The notes under the pieces were generated by a model. It was not told the origin of the DNA, made no database searches, and was given only the letters and a program-made list of their open reading frames with translations. From Acidobacteriota bacterium (GTDB taxonomy: Bacteria; Acidobacteriota; Terriglobia; Terriglobales; Acidobacteriaceae), in assembly GCA_028876335.1 (NCBI GenBank), contig JAGWSG010000187.1, positions 2,362 through 66,361 of the forward strand: a stretch of 64,000 bases of DNA. The letters run 5' to 3'. The position numbers and the translations under genes were made by a program. Shown in pieces: positions 38,888 to 48,006 of this stretch; position 1 is the first letter of the stretch, and every line of letters begins with the position of its first letter.

Positions 38888-40147
38888 GTGGCGCCTCCTC
38901 CTCTGCGTCACTTCCGTATGTTTCCTCCGGAGAGAGGTCTCGTGAACTCAAAGCCGCGCTGCCTTCCACCCATCTGGGTCATGGGCTTGACGAATGCCAC
39001 CTTCGGCTTGTGCGGGGGATTTGTCGCCGTCAGCGTGCCGGAAATGCTTGCAGCGCAGGGTATTCCAGCGGGCCACGTCGCCACCGCTGCTGCAGTCATC
39101 GTCTCACCCGGTTTCTGGGGTTTTCTCTTCTCTCCCATTCTCGATATGCGCCTCAGTCGTCGAACGTATGCGCTTGTCACGGGTCTTCTCAGCGCCCTCG
39201 CCATCGGCATAACTCAGGCCCATCACTCTTCGCTGCTCATGGTCCAAATTGTCATGACTCTTGGCTTTTTCTGCGCCATGCTCTACCAGGGAGCGGTAGG
39301 TGGTTGGATGGGCGCGCTCATCGACAGAGGCCAGGACAGCAAACTCGGTGTCTGGTTCACGGTCTCTAATCTCGGTGCTGGGGGCATCATGATGGTGCTG
39401 GCCAGTGAACTGATGCAGCGACTTTCACCGGTAATTGCAGGATTGGTGGTTGCCACGGTGGTGCTGTCGCCCATGTTGCTGTTTCTCGCGATTCCATCAC
39501 CGCCGCCCAGTGAGCATCAGGCACGCGAGTCGTTTGCACGCTTCTGGCGCGAGGCAGCATTGTTGATACGCCGTCGCGAGATTCAGATTGCACTTGTCCT
39601 TCTCGGTCTTCCTTCCGCCTCCTTCGCATTGACGAACGTGCTCGGTGGCACCGGAAAGGATTTCAACGCATCTGATCACTTTGTCGGAATCTTTGCAGGA
39701 TTCGGATGCATTGCCGCCGGCATCATCGGTAGCTTCCTCTTGTTTCCACTGGCAAAGCATCTGCCGCTGCGCCGTCTATATCTTGCCATCGGCATCGTAG
39801 GTGCTTCATTTACGTTTGGGCTCATTCTGCTTCCGCATGTGCCGTGGGTCTTTGCAGTAGCCATCACAGGCGAAAATATGTTTCAGGCCATGGCATTTTC
39901 TGTAAGCAATGCCATCACGTTTGAAGTCATAGGGCCTGACAATCCATTCGCCGCAACCATCTTCACGCTGCTCATTTCCACCAGCAATCTGCCCATCATC
40001 TATATGCAGTATCTCGATGGCCGCGGCTACGATGCCGGTGGACTCACGGGGAGCTTCCTCACTGACGCATTACTCACTGCGGCAACCTGTGTGCTGTTGT
40101 GGTTCTTGCTGGTAAGACGGCTTGTGCCGGCCAGGGCCGCAAACTAG
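38888..40147 (+). CDS. MFS transporter (AmpG-like)
   Basis: About 12 TM helices; FLFSPILDMRLSRR; FTLLISTSNLPIIYM. Confidence 0.8.
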   Translation: MAPPPLRHFRMFPPERGLVNSKPRCLPPIWVMGLTNATFGLCGGFVAVSVPEMLAAQGIPAGHVATAAAVIVSPGFWGFLFSPILDMRLSRRTYALVTGLLSALAIGITQAHHSSLLMVQIVMTLGFFCAMLYQGAVGGWMGALIDRGQDSKLGVWFTVSNLGAGGIMMVLASELMQRLSPVIAGLVVATVVLSPMLLFLAIPSPPPSEHQARESFARFWREAALLIRRREIQIALVLLGLPSASFALTNVLGGTGKDFNASDHFVGIFAGFGCIAAGIIGSFLLFPLAKHLPLRRLYLAIGIVGASFTFGLILLPHVPWVFAVAITGENMFQAMAFSVSNAITFEVIGPDNPFAATIFTLLISTSNLPIIYMQYLDGRGYDAGGLTGSFLTDALLTAATCVLLWFLLVRRLVPARAAN

Positions 40148-40156
40148 CTGTCGCAC

Positions 40157-41596
40157 TTAGCCTGCCTGCTGGTTTTCCGTCGTACGCAGATTAAATGGCC
40201 ACTCGCTCCGCTGCTTGGCACGCCACAGATAAATCAGCGTTCCGCTCACGCCTATGCCGGCCGCAACAAGCAGCCCTTCCAGTGCATTCACGCGTTTGGC
40301 CAGAATGAAGAGGAATCCAGCCATGGCCAGCAGTGGCGGCAGTGGATAAAGCGGCATCTTGAATGGCCTTGGCATATCGGGCCTCTTCGTTCGCAGCAGA
40401 ATTACCCCCACATGCTGCAGGAGAAATTGCAGCAGAATGCGTGTAATCACCAGCATCGTAATCACCTGCTGCAGGCTGAAGAAGCAGAAGCAGGTTGCCA
40501 CTGCGCCCAGCGCAATCAAAGAGCGGTGTGGGATGTGGAACTTGGGATGAATGGCCCCAAGGAACGAGAAGAAGTTTCCGTCACGCGCCGCAGCGTAGGG
40601 CACGCGACTATAACCAAGCAAAAGTGAGAAGACCGAAGCCGAAGCCGTCCAAATAATGAGCGCTGCAATTAATCGTCCCGCCCACACACCGAACGCAGAC
40701 TGCGCAATCTCCGCCACAAGCCGTATCCGTGAAGCGGCACTCTCTGCCACATGCTTAGCGGCGTCCTGCATGGAAGGCAGCGCGGCAAGGTTCATCAGCA
40801 AATACATTGCGGCCACAATCACCACGGAAAGCAGAATCGCGCGCGGAATTGTCTTCTCTGGCTCGCGCACTTCACTACCCAGAAACGTGATGTTGTAGTA
40901 GCCCCAATAGTCGTATGTTGCAATCAGCGTTGCTTGTGCCAATCCACTGGCTGCAAGCCCTGCGCTCAGCGCGGGTGAATGCGGCATGTGCCATCCGCCT
41001 GTAGCTGCGGCGTGCGCAAAACCAGACACAATCACGCCCGCCATCGCCGCTACTACTCCGGCAAACAAAATCCACGCGAGACGCGTTGTCGATTTGAGAT
41101 TCCGGTAAAGCAGTAACGTAATCAACACACACGCCCCTGCAGCCGCAAAGCTTGACCAGTGCACCATCGGTAGCGCGGCAATCGGCGCTTTTTCCAGCCC
41201 CGGCCAAAACCACGCCAGAAATCCCGAAAGCCCAATACATCCCGACGCAATCGACAGCGGTGCAGAAAAACTCAACTGCCACACAAACAAAAAGCCCAGC
41301 CAGTTGCCTGCGCTTGTCGGTCCGTAAATCTCGCGCAGAAACGCGTAGGATCCTCCCGCACGCGGAAATTCTGCACCCAATTCTGCCCATACCAGCCCGT
41401 CGCACACGGCAATCGCTGCGCCTAGCAGCCATGCCCACACGCTCAGGTGGTAGCCTGCTGCGGCAATGACCAGTGGCAAAGTGATGAAAGGCCCCACGCC
41501 GATCATCTCCAGCATGTTGAACAGAACAGCCGAGCGCAGACCGATGCGGCGATCCAGGGATGCACCGCTGTCGTGATGGGAAGTAGATTGATTCAT
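40157..41596 (-). CDS. APC-family amino acid permease
   Basis: MIGVGPFITLP, AELGAEFPRAGGSY, YDYWGYYN, SRVPYAAARDG, RPFKMPLYP. Confidence 0.9.
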   Translation of the reverse strand: MNQSTSHHDSGASLDRRIGLRSAVLFNMLEMIGVGPFITLPLVIAAAGYHLSVWAWLLGAAIAVCDGLVWAELGAEFPRAGGSYAFLREIYGPTSAGNWLGFLFVWQLSFSAPLSIASGCIGLSGFLAWFWPGLEKAPIAALPMVHWSSFAAAGACVLITLLLYRNLKSTTRLAWILFAGVVAAMAGVIVSGFAHAAATGGWHMPHSPALSAGLAASGLAQATLIATYDYWGYYNITFLGSEVREPEKTIPRAILLSVVIVAAMYLLMNLAALPSMQDAAKHVAESAASRIRLVAEIAQSAFGVWAGRLIAALIIWTASASVFSLLLGYSRVPYAAARDGNFFSFLGAIHPKFHIPHRSLIALGAVATCFCFFSLQQVITMLVITRILLQFLLQHVGVILLRTKRPDMPRPFKMPLYPLPPLLAMAGFLFILAKRVNALEGLLVAAGIGVSGTLIYLWRAKQRSEWPFNLRTTENQQAG

Positions 41597-41631
41597 AAGG
41601 GCAGCAGCGCTGACCGGATTGTACACTGTGC

Positions 41632-44475
41632 TTGAACATGAATCGCCTACGCTTGCTATCCATCGCCGCCACCTTCGCTCTAACTGCCAGTGCCGCAAGT
41701 CTTCTCATCGGACAAACACCTCCACGCGCATCGGTGTGGTTGCCGAGCACTGAGGCCTCTTCACATGCATTGCCTCTGCCGGAAGATCGCGGTGCAGCCC
41801 TGCTTGAGCAGGACATGAAGCGCCTGAATACCACAGCCAGTCTCCTGATGATCGTTGCGCATCCCGACGATGAAGACGGCAGCCTTCTCACTTATCTCTC
41901 TCGCGGCCTCGGTGTGCGCTGTACGCTCTTCACACTCACACGAGGTGAAGGTGGCCAGAACGTCATGTCTGCAGACACGTATGACGCACTCGGCCTCATC
42001 CGCACCAATGAGCTGCTCAAAGCAGACGAATACTACGGCGCAAAACAGCTTTGGGGCACCGAAGCTGACTTCGGCTTTTCGAAGACCCAGGAGGAAGCCT
42101 TCTCCAAGTGGGGACACGAGCGCGTTCTCTATGACGCCGTGCTCGCTGTGCGCCGTGAGAAACCTCAGATCATAGTCTCAACCTTTGTAGGCGGAGTCAC
42201 GGATGGACACGGCCAGCACCAGGTCTCAGGTGAAATCGCGCAGGAAGTTTTCAAAGCCGCTGCCGATCCAAAAGTTTTTCCAGATCAGCTTAAGCCCGTC
42301 AGTGAAGGCGGCCTGGGTCTAACTGTCTGGCAGCCCAGCGCTGTGTACAGTATGGTTCCATTCGCGCCCATCACAGGCAAGGGAATGTTTGATTACGCAA
42401 CCGGTAAGTGGGCGCCGGCAAAATTCAAGAACTATGTCACTGGTCAGTGGAGCACCACTGCTCCCTCAGCAGACGTCATCATCCCTGTTGGTACTCTCGA
42501 CCCCACACTTGGTCGCAGCTATTCGCAAATTGCACGTCAAGGCTGGGGCATGCAGAAGTCGCAGAATGGCGGCGGCAATCCCACGCTCAGCGGCCCGGGC
42601 AACACTCGCTACCACTTGTGGGCCGTGGCAACGGCATCCAAAGCACCCGCAGGAGAGAACGGTGACGACAGCCTTTTCAAGAATGCGAAGGTTAACGTCA
42701 ACACATCCATCTCAGGAATGGCAGCCCTTGCCGGAAAAACTCCACCCGACTGGCTTACACAGGCATTGTCCAAAATCGATTCACAGTTGCACGCCATAGA
42801 ATCACGCTGTCCCTGCAAGGCCGGAGTAGAAGTCGCACATGCCCTGGTGCCTGTCTATCGTGAAACCATTACCTTGCGTGGCAAGGTTGCAAAGAGCGAA
42901 CTGAGCAAGGATTCAAAGGCAAATCTTCTGTTCGCCCTGGACCAGAAGACGAATCAATTTCAGTCTGTTCTTGCTGACTTGCTCGGCCTCGATATGATCC
43001 CTTTCCGCACGCGTGACACCGGTGCGGAAATGCGTGGCTTCCGCGGCAACTCTGCTGATGAGACCTTGCCGTCCGTTGCGCCCGGAGAAAAATTCTTCGT
43101 CCGCATTCATACTTCACAGGCTTTCCCAAAAGAAACTCAGCTCGACCATGTCTGGCTCGAGAGCAACGGCACGCCATGGCCCAACGAGATGACCGCTGGC
43201 CAATTTACCCCGCATGCGCCTGAAGCCAATCCGGTTTTCACTGTCACTGTGCCGGAAAATGCAAAGCCCACCGCACCTTACTTCACGCGCCCCACAATCG
43301 AGCAGCCTTTTTACGATGTTTCAAATCCCCAGTTGCGTGACCGCTCCTTCGCGCCATGGCCACTCGCAGCCTGGGTGCAGTATTCGTTTGATGGTGTGCC
43401 CATCCGTATCGGCAAAGTCGTACAGACTCTCCATCGTGTCACAGGTCCTGGCGGCATTTATGATCCTTTGGTCGTCACGCCTCGCATCGGTGTCAGTGTC
43501 AGCCCTGAGGCACAGATTCTTCCCCTCGACGGCAGCGCGCTTCCCGTGCGCGTTACCGTGCATGCACAGCAATCTGCCGAAGGGACAATCACGCTGAAAA
43601 TGCCGGAAGGCTGGAGTGCGGAACCTGCATCCTCTTCCTTCAAACTTTCCGCCGCTGGCGATACGCAACCGGCGCTCTTCAAAGTCAAGCCTTCCGGCGC
43701 AGAAGCCGGCGCGTACTCCATTCAGGCCATCGTCACAAGCGACGGTAAAAAGTATGAGAGCGGTTGGCATAGCGTCGGATACGGTGGCTTGCGGCCCTAC
43801 AACCAATACCTGCGCGCCGAACTCAAGACCCGCAAAGTGGATGTAAGGATTGCTCCAGGCCTTCGCATTGGTTATGTGATGGGCCCCGGCGATCTTGTTC
43901 CCGACGCGATTGAAGCCATGGGCGGCCATGTAGAAATGCTCTCCGATAAGGATCTGAAGTCCGCCGACCTTTCCGGCTTCAACGCAATCGTCATCGGTAT
44001 TCGCGCCTACTCCGTTCGTCCGGCTCTTTGGAGCGAGCAGTCGCGGCTCAACGACTATGTCATCAACGGCGGAACGGTCATCGTGCAATATCAAAGCGCC
44101 ACATTCCCGGCGCCACTCAAACTCTCCATGGGTGATCGCACTCCCGAGCGCGTCGTAGACGAAACTGATCCTGTAAAGATTCTTGCTCCTCAAAACGCAC
44201 TGCTTAATTCGCCCAACGAAATCACATCTGCAGACTTTGATGGATGGGTGGAAGAGCGCGGACACTCTTTCCTCGATTCATGGGATAAGGGCTATACCGC
44301 GCTTACTGAAACCGCAGACCCTGGACAGGATCCGCAGGATGGCGGCTGGATAGTAGCGCATCCAGGAAAGGGAACATATATATATGTTGCTTACGCGCTC
44401 TATAGGCAATTGCCAGAGCTCGTGCCAGGTTCCTATCGAATCCTTGCTAATTTACTCAGCGCTGGAGAAAAATAA
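41632..44475 (+). CDS. Secreted PIG-L/LmbE-family deacetylase with NEW3-like and C-terminal glutamine-amidotransferase-like domains
   Basis: Signal peptide; AHPDDE, TRGEGGQN, ADFGFSKT, HGQH; C-terminal WVEERG...YRQLP. Alternative ATG at 41638. Confidence 0.88.
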   Translation: MNMNRLRLLSIAATFALTASAASLLIGQTPPRASVWLPSTEASSHALPLPEDRGAALLEQDMKRLNTTASLLMIVAHPDDEDGSLLTYLSRGLGVRCTLFTLTRGEGGQNVMSADTYDALGLIRTNELLKADEYYGAKQLWGTEADFGFSKTQEEAFSKWGHERVLYDAVLAVRREKPQIIVSTFVGGVTDGHGQHQVSGEIAQEVFKAAADPKVFPDQLKPVSEGGLGLTVWQPSAVYSMVPFAPITGKGMFDYATGKWAPAKFKNYVTGQWSTTAPSADVIIPVGTLDPTLGRSYSQIARQGWGMQKSQNGGGNPTLSGPGNTRYHLWAVATASKAPAGENGDDSLFKNAKVNVNTSISGMAALAGKTPPDWLTQALSKIDSQLHAIESRCPCKAGVEVAHALVPVYRETITLRGKVAKSELSKDSKANLLFALDQKTNQFQSVLADLLGLDMIPFRTRDTGAEMRGFRGNSADETLPSVAPGEKFFVRIHTSQAFPKETQLDHVWLESNGTPWPNEMTAGQFTPHAPEANPVFTVTVPENAKPTAPYFTRPTIEQPFYDVSNPQLRDRSFAPWPLAAWVQYSFDGVPIRIGKVVQTLHRVTGPGGIYDPLVVTPRIGVSVSPEAQILPLDGSALPVRVTVHAQQSAEGTITLKMPEGWSAEPASSSFKLSAAGDTQPALFKVKPSGAEAGAYSIQAIVTSDGKKYESGWHSVGYGGLRPYNQYLRAELKTRKVDVRIAPGLRIGYVMGPGDLVPDAIEAMGGHVEMLSDKDLKSADLSGFNAIVIGIRAYSVRPALWSEQSRLNDYVINGGTVIVQYQSATFPAPLKLSMGDRTPERVVDETDPVKILAPQNALLNSPNEITSADFDGWVEERGHSFLDSWDKGYTALTETADPGQDPQDGGWIVAHPGKGTYIYVAYALYRQLPELVPGSYRILANLLSAGEK

Positions 44476-44845
44476 TCAGCGCGCACCGCGCGGATATACA
44501 GGAATGTAATATTCGGTAAATCAGAAATCGCCAGTATTCATGCAGATTTGCGCACAATATTCATCTCGTTGTAACATGCGCAACCCGCATAACTTATGTT
44601 GTTAAAAATATGTGAATTAGTCATATATTCATCAAGTTCTGAGAGCCTCTTTCTTAGAAATCACCACCGCAGGTGGGAACGCGACAATCGGCCACTCTGG
44701 TCACGCTTGCCAAACCGACAAGCGGATTCCTGATGCCGGAGCTCAGAGTGTTCTCACCAGTGCCGCACAGATAGTTAAACAAGACTTGGAATGCGGCCGG
44801 TTGAGTGGGCAGCAAAGAATTTGTGAAGTAAAAGAGAGAGGCTCA

Positions 44846-46525
44846 ATGAAAACACTGAATGCGGTTGCCGCGGCACTTGTGGCAGCCAGTCTAGCCGGTA
44901 CGTTTGCCCTGGTGCCCCAGCCGGCGGCTGCTCAGACCAAACATACAAAGGCGAAGAAGGAGACCAAGCCTTCTGTCGAAGACCAGATTCAGGCGTTGCG
45001 TCAGGAGTTGCAAGGCCAGATCGACAGCTTGAAGAACGACCTCGCAACCAAGGACGCTGAACTGCAAAAGGCCAAGCAAGACGCAGCTGATGCAGAAGCC
45101 GCCGCCACCAAGGCTCAGGCAGCAGCTGATGCACAGCAGCAGGCGAACTCAGACAATGCAGCTGCGGTAACCACACTCAAGAGCACCGTTGACGACATGA
45201 AAGACGCCAATGCTGCAGTTGTTGCCACCGTGCAGGAAGATCAGGCCAAGGCCGTCAAGCGGTCCGAGCTGTCAGATCTGGCCATCGGCGACAAGATCAA
45301 AATTGGTGCCACCTTTTACGGTGACTGGACCTACTACACCAAGACCGGCTTCGGTCCGCAGTTCCTGACACAGATGAACGGTGAAGGCCCAGGCAACGAC
45401 GGTTTCAACACCTTCGACATCACCCGTACCTACTTGAACGTTCTTTACACACCCACCGATTCGATCACTCTGCGATTGACGCCGAATATCTATCGCGCCA
45501 TCAACACCAGCGCAGGCGCGCTCAGTGACGGCAGCGGTGCGCAGGTTGGCTCCAGCAACAACGGCAACCTCAGCTTCCGCCTGAAATACGCGTACTTGCA
45601 ATTCAACCACCCCTTCAAGGGCAGCAGCGCCTTTGGCAAAGGCAACATTCGCCTTGGCCAGACAATGAACCCCCTGGTGGACTGGGAAGAAGGTCTCTAT
45701 GGATATCGTTTCGTCAACCTCACTCCATGGAACTATCTGAGCTTGAGCTCAACTTATGTCGGTGCTGAAGTAAATGGTCCCATCATGGCTAACGGTAAGG
45801 AATACGTTGACTATCAGATCGGCGTCTTCAATACCGCCAGCTTCCACGCTATCGAGCAGAACGACAAGAAACAGATTATGGGACGCGTCACCTTCTATCC
45901 CATGGGCACCCACACTGACCGTACTGGTCTCGGTTTCACCATCTTCGAGAACTACGGCTACAACACTAAGACGCCTGACGCAAAGAGCACGCCGCTCAAT
46001 CGTCTTGCTATCCTCGGCCACTATCAGAGCCCCAAAAAGGGCTTCCTGATCGCCGGCGAATATGACCTCGGCCGTAACGCCATCAGCACGGGCCAGATGT
46101 TCTCCAGTGCTGCACCAACCTCCACAGGCTCCTACGCATGGCTGAACAGCCTGGCAGGTGCATTGCTCGCTGGAGATAAGACCCGTCAGCAGGGCTGGGC
46201 AGTGTTCGGTCATGCTGATCTTGGCAAGCCGCCCTTCACGGTCTTCGGCATGGTTCATGGCTTTAATTCCAACACCAAGATTCAGCCGCCCAACCCGCTC
46301 AACTGGGTTCGCACGGTCGCTGGTGTCAGCTACAAGTACAACAAGTATCTGACCTTCGCGGTGGACGATCAGAACCTTAACTACACCACCAGCCAGTACG
46401 ACATGACGGCCGCGCAGATTGCGACTTTCAGCTCTTCGCTGGCGGCGCAATACCCCAACGGCATTCCGAATGTCGTGCCGGGCGGCACCAACGCAATCAT
46501 GATCAACGCGCAGTTCAGCTACTAA
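44846..46525 (+). CDS. Porin-like outer-membrane beta-barrel with N-terminal coiled coil
   Basis: Signal peptide, heptad QALRQELQGQIDSLKNDL, amphipathic strands (FDITRTYLNV, FRLKYAYLQF), C-terminal QFSY. GAGAGAGG SD. Confidence 0.8.
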   Translation: MKTLNAVAAALVAASLAGTFALVPQPAAAQTKHTKAKKETKPSVEDQIQALRQELQGQIDSLKNDLATKDAELQKAKQDAADAEAAATKAQAAADAQQQANSDNAAAVTTLKSTVDDMKDANAAVVATVQEDQAKAVKRSELSDLAIGDKIKIGATFYGDWTYYTKTGFGPQFLTQMNGEGPGNDGFNTFDITRTYLNVLYTPTDSITLRLTPNIYRAINTSAGALSDGSGAQVGSSNNGNLSFRLKYAYLQFNHPFKGSSAFGKGNIRLGQTMNPLVDWEEGLYGYRFVNLTPWNYLSLSSTYVGAEVNGPIMANGKEYVDYQIGVFNTASFHAIEQNDKKQIMGRVTFYPMGTHTDRTGLGFTIFENYGYNTKTPDAKSTPLNRLAILGHYQSPKKGFLIAGEYDLGRNAISTGQMFSSAAPTSTGSYAWLNSLAGALLAGDKTRQQGWAVFGHADLGKPPFTVFGMVHGFNSNTKIQPPNPLNWVRTVAGVSYKYNKYLTFAVDDQNLNYTTSQYDMTAAQIATFSSSLAAQYPNGIPNVVPGGTNAIMINAQFSY

Positions 46526-46548
46526 CCCCGGAGAAATCCTCTGGAATA

Positions 46549-46577
46549 AAAGGGCAGCCACTCGTTGGCTGCCCTTT
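46549..46577. terminator. Bidirectional terminator
   Basis: AAAGGGCAGCCA-ctcgt-TGGCTGCCCTTT between convergent genes. Confidence 0.85.
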
Positions 46578-46599
46578 CCTTATTTAAGCCTGAGTGCGA

Positions 46600-48006
46600 T
46601 CAACCTGCGATCTTGGGTGCGCGATAACCAAACGCCGCATCAACAATCGCCGCAACACCCAAAGCAATTTCATCCTCATACGGTCTTGCTGCAATCTGCA
46701 CTCCAATGGGCAATCCTTCTGGCGATTGTCCCACTGGCACTACCGCTGCCGGCGCGCCCAGCACATTGAACCACTGGGTATGCCGCACCGCATCGAGATA
46801 TTCAACACTCCTACCTTCGATTACCCAGCTACGTTCACCATGCCGCCATGCAGGCACACTCGCCACCGGACAAAGCAAGGCAGGGTGCGCGCGCATTTCC
46901 TCAAGCATCTTCGCGCGTAAAGTGTCGAGCTCGGCCCACGCACTCAGTAGCTCGGTGGGCATCAACTCTTTACGCGTTCGCGCAATCGACAGGAACTCCG
47001 CAAAAATCGGACTTAACTCTCCTTCGCGTCCGCTATATAAGGGCCGGTAGAACATCTCTCCGCATTGCACAAACAGCTTCCACCACAACTGCCGCATTGG
47101 TTCAAGCACTTTTGGTCGAAACGACTCTACGCAAAATCCCGCCTCCCGCAATGCCCGCACCGCTGCCTGTACTGCCTCACGCGTCTCCGCGGTCACAGGA
47201 GCAATCTCGTCGTCCTCAAAAAATCCAATCTTCGTCGCGCGCAACTCATCCATGCTGCGCGCCCAATAGCAAACAGGCGCATGGGAGGGATCTGTCACAT
47301 CCTGTCCGCCTAGCGTTGCAAACATCAGCTCCACGTCGCGCAGACTTCGCGCCATTGGACCAATTGCGCCTAGCACGCTGAACGGCCCTACGCACGGCGG
47401 CAAATGCCCCGCGCCCGGAAAACGTCCCGGCGTAGGCTTCAGTGAACAGATACCAGTAAAGTGCGCCGGCACGCGTACACTTCCGCCGGAGTCCGATCCA
47501 AGTCCTGCCGCCGACATCCCTACCGCAATCGCAGCCGATTCGCCTCCGCTCGAGCCCCCCGGCGTCCTATCTAGGTCCCAAGGATTGTTCGTGCGCCCAT
47601 AGAGCAGATTTGCCGTTTCATACGCCATCAGAAATTCAGGACAATTCGTCGTCCCCAGAATCAGCGCACCTGCTGCACGCAACCGTGCTACCACAACGGC
47701 ATCGTTGGCGGGCACATCGCCACGCAGCAGCGTGCTCCCAATCTCGCAGTGATAACCCGCCGTCGCAATCGACGACTTCACCGTTACCGGCAGTCCGAAG
47801 AGCGGTCCGCGCACTCCCTCATAGGCATCCATCTTCCGTGCTTGAGCGCGCACACGCTCTGGATCGAAATCGGTGAACACATTGAGCTGCGGATTGAGCC
47901 GCTCAATCTGTGCCAGATGCTCTTCCGCCAGTTCGCTCACAGAAATCCGGCGCTCGCGCAGCATTGCCAATTGCGCAACCGCCGGCTCAAGTACCAGCTT
48001 GCTCAT
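46600..48006 (-). CDS. Amidase signature family enzyme
   Basis: GLPVTVK, PGGSSGGE, GSDSGGSVRVPAHFTG (Lys-cisSer-Ser triad present). Confidence 0.93.
   Translation of the reverse strand: MSKLVLEPAVAQLAMLRERRISVSELAEEHLAQIERLNPQLNVFTDFDPERVRAQARKMDAYEGVRGPLFGLPVTVKSSIATAGYHCEIGSTLLRGDVPANDAVVVARLRAAGALILGTTNCPEFLMAYETANLLYGRTNNPWDLDRTPGGSSGGESAAIAVGMSAAGLGSDSGGSVRVPAHFTGICSLKPTPGRFPGAGHLPPCVGPFSVLGAIGPMARSLRDVELMFATLGGQDVTDPSHAPVCYWARSMDELRATKIGFFEDDEIAPVTAETREAVQAAVRALREAGFCVESFRPKVLEPMRQLWWKLFVQCGEMFYRPLYSGREGELSPIFAEFLSIARTRKELMPTELLSAWAELDTLRAKMLEEMRAHPALLCPVASVPAWRHGERSWVIEGRSVEYLDAVRHTQWFNVLGAPAAVVPVGQSPEGLPIGVQIAARPYEDEIALGVAAIVDAAFGYRAPKIAG

Noticed and set aside
44582-44609. dif-like sequence AACCCGCATAA-CTTATG-TTGTTAAAAAT
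   Set aside because: The left arm resembles an XerC site, but the TTATGTTAAA XerD arm cannot be placed at the required 6-bp spacing. It is more likely part of the porin promoter.
44699-44745. Resemblance to a c-di-GMP-I riboswitch (GGTCACGC...CAAACC...CCGG)
   Set aside because: It lacks the GGGACGCAAAGC core and the tetraloop/receptor. Kept only as an unclassified structured leader.
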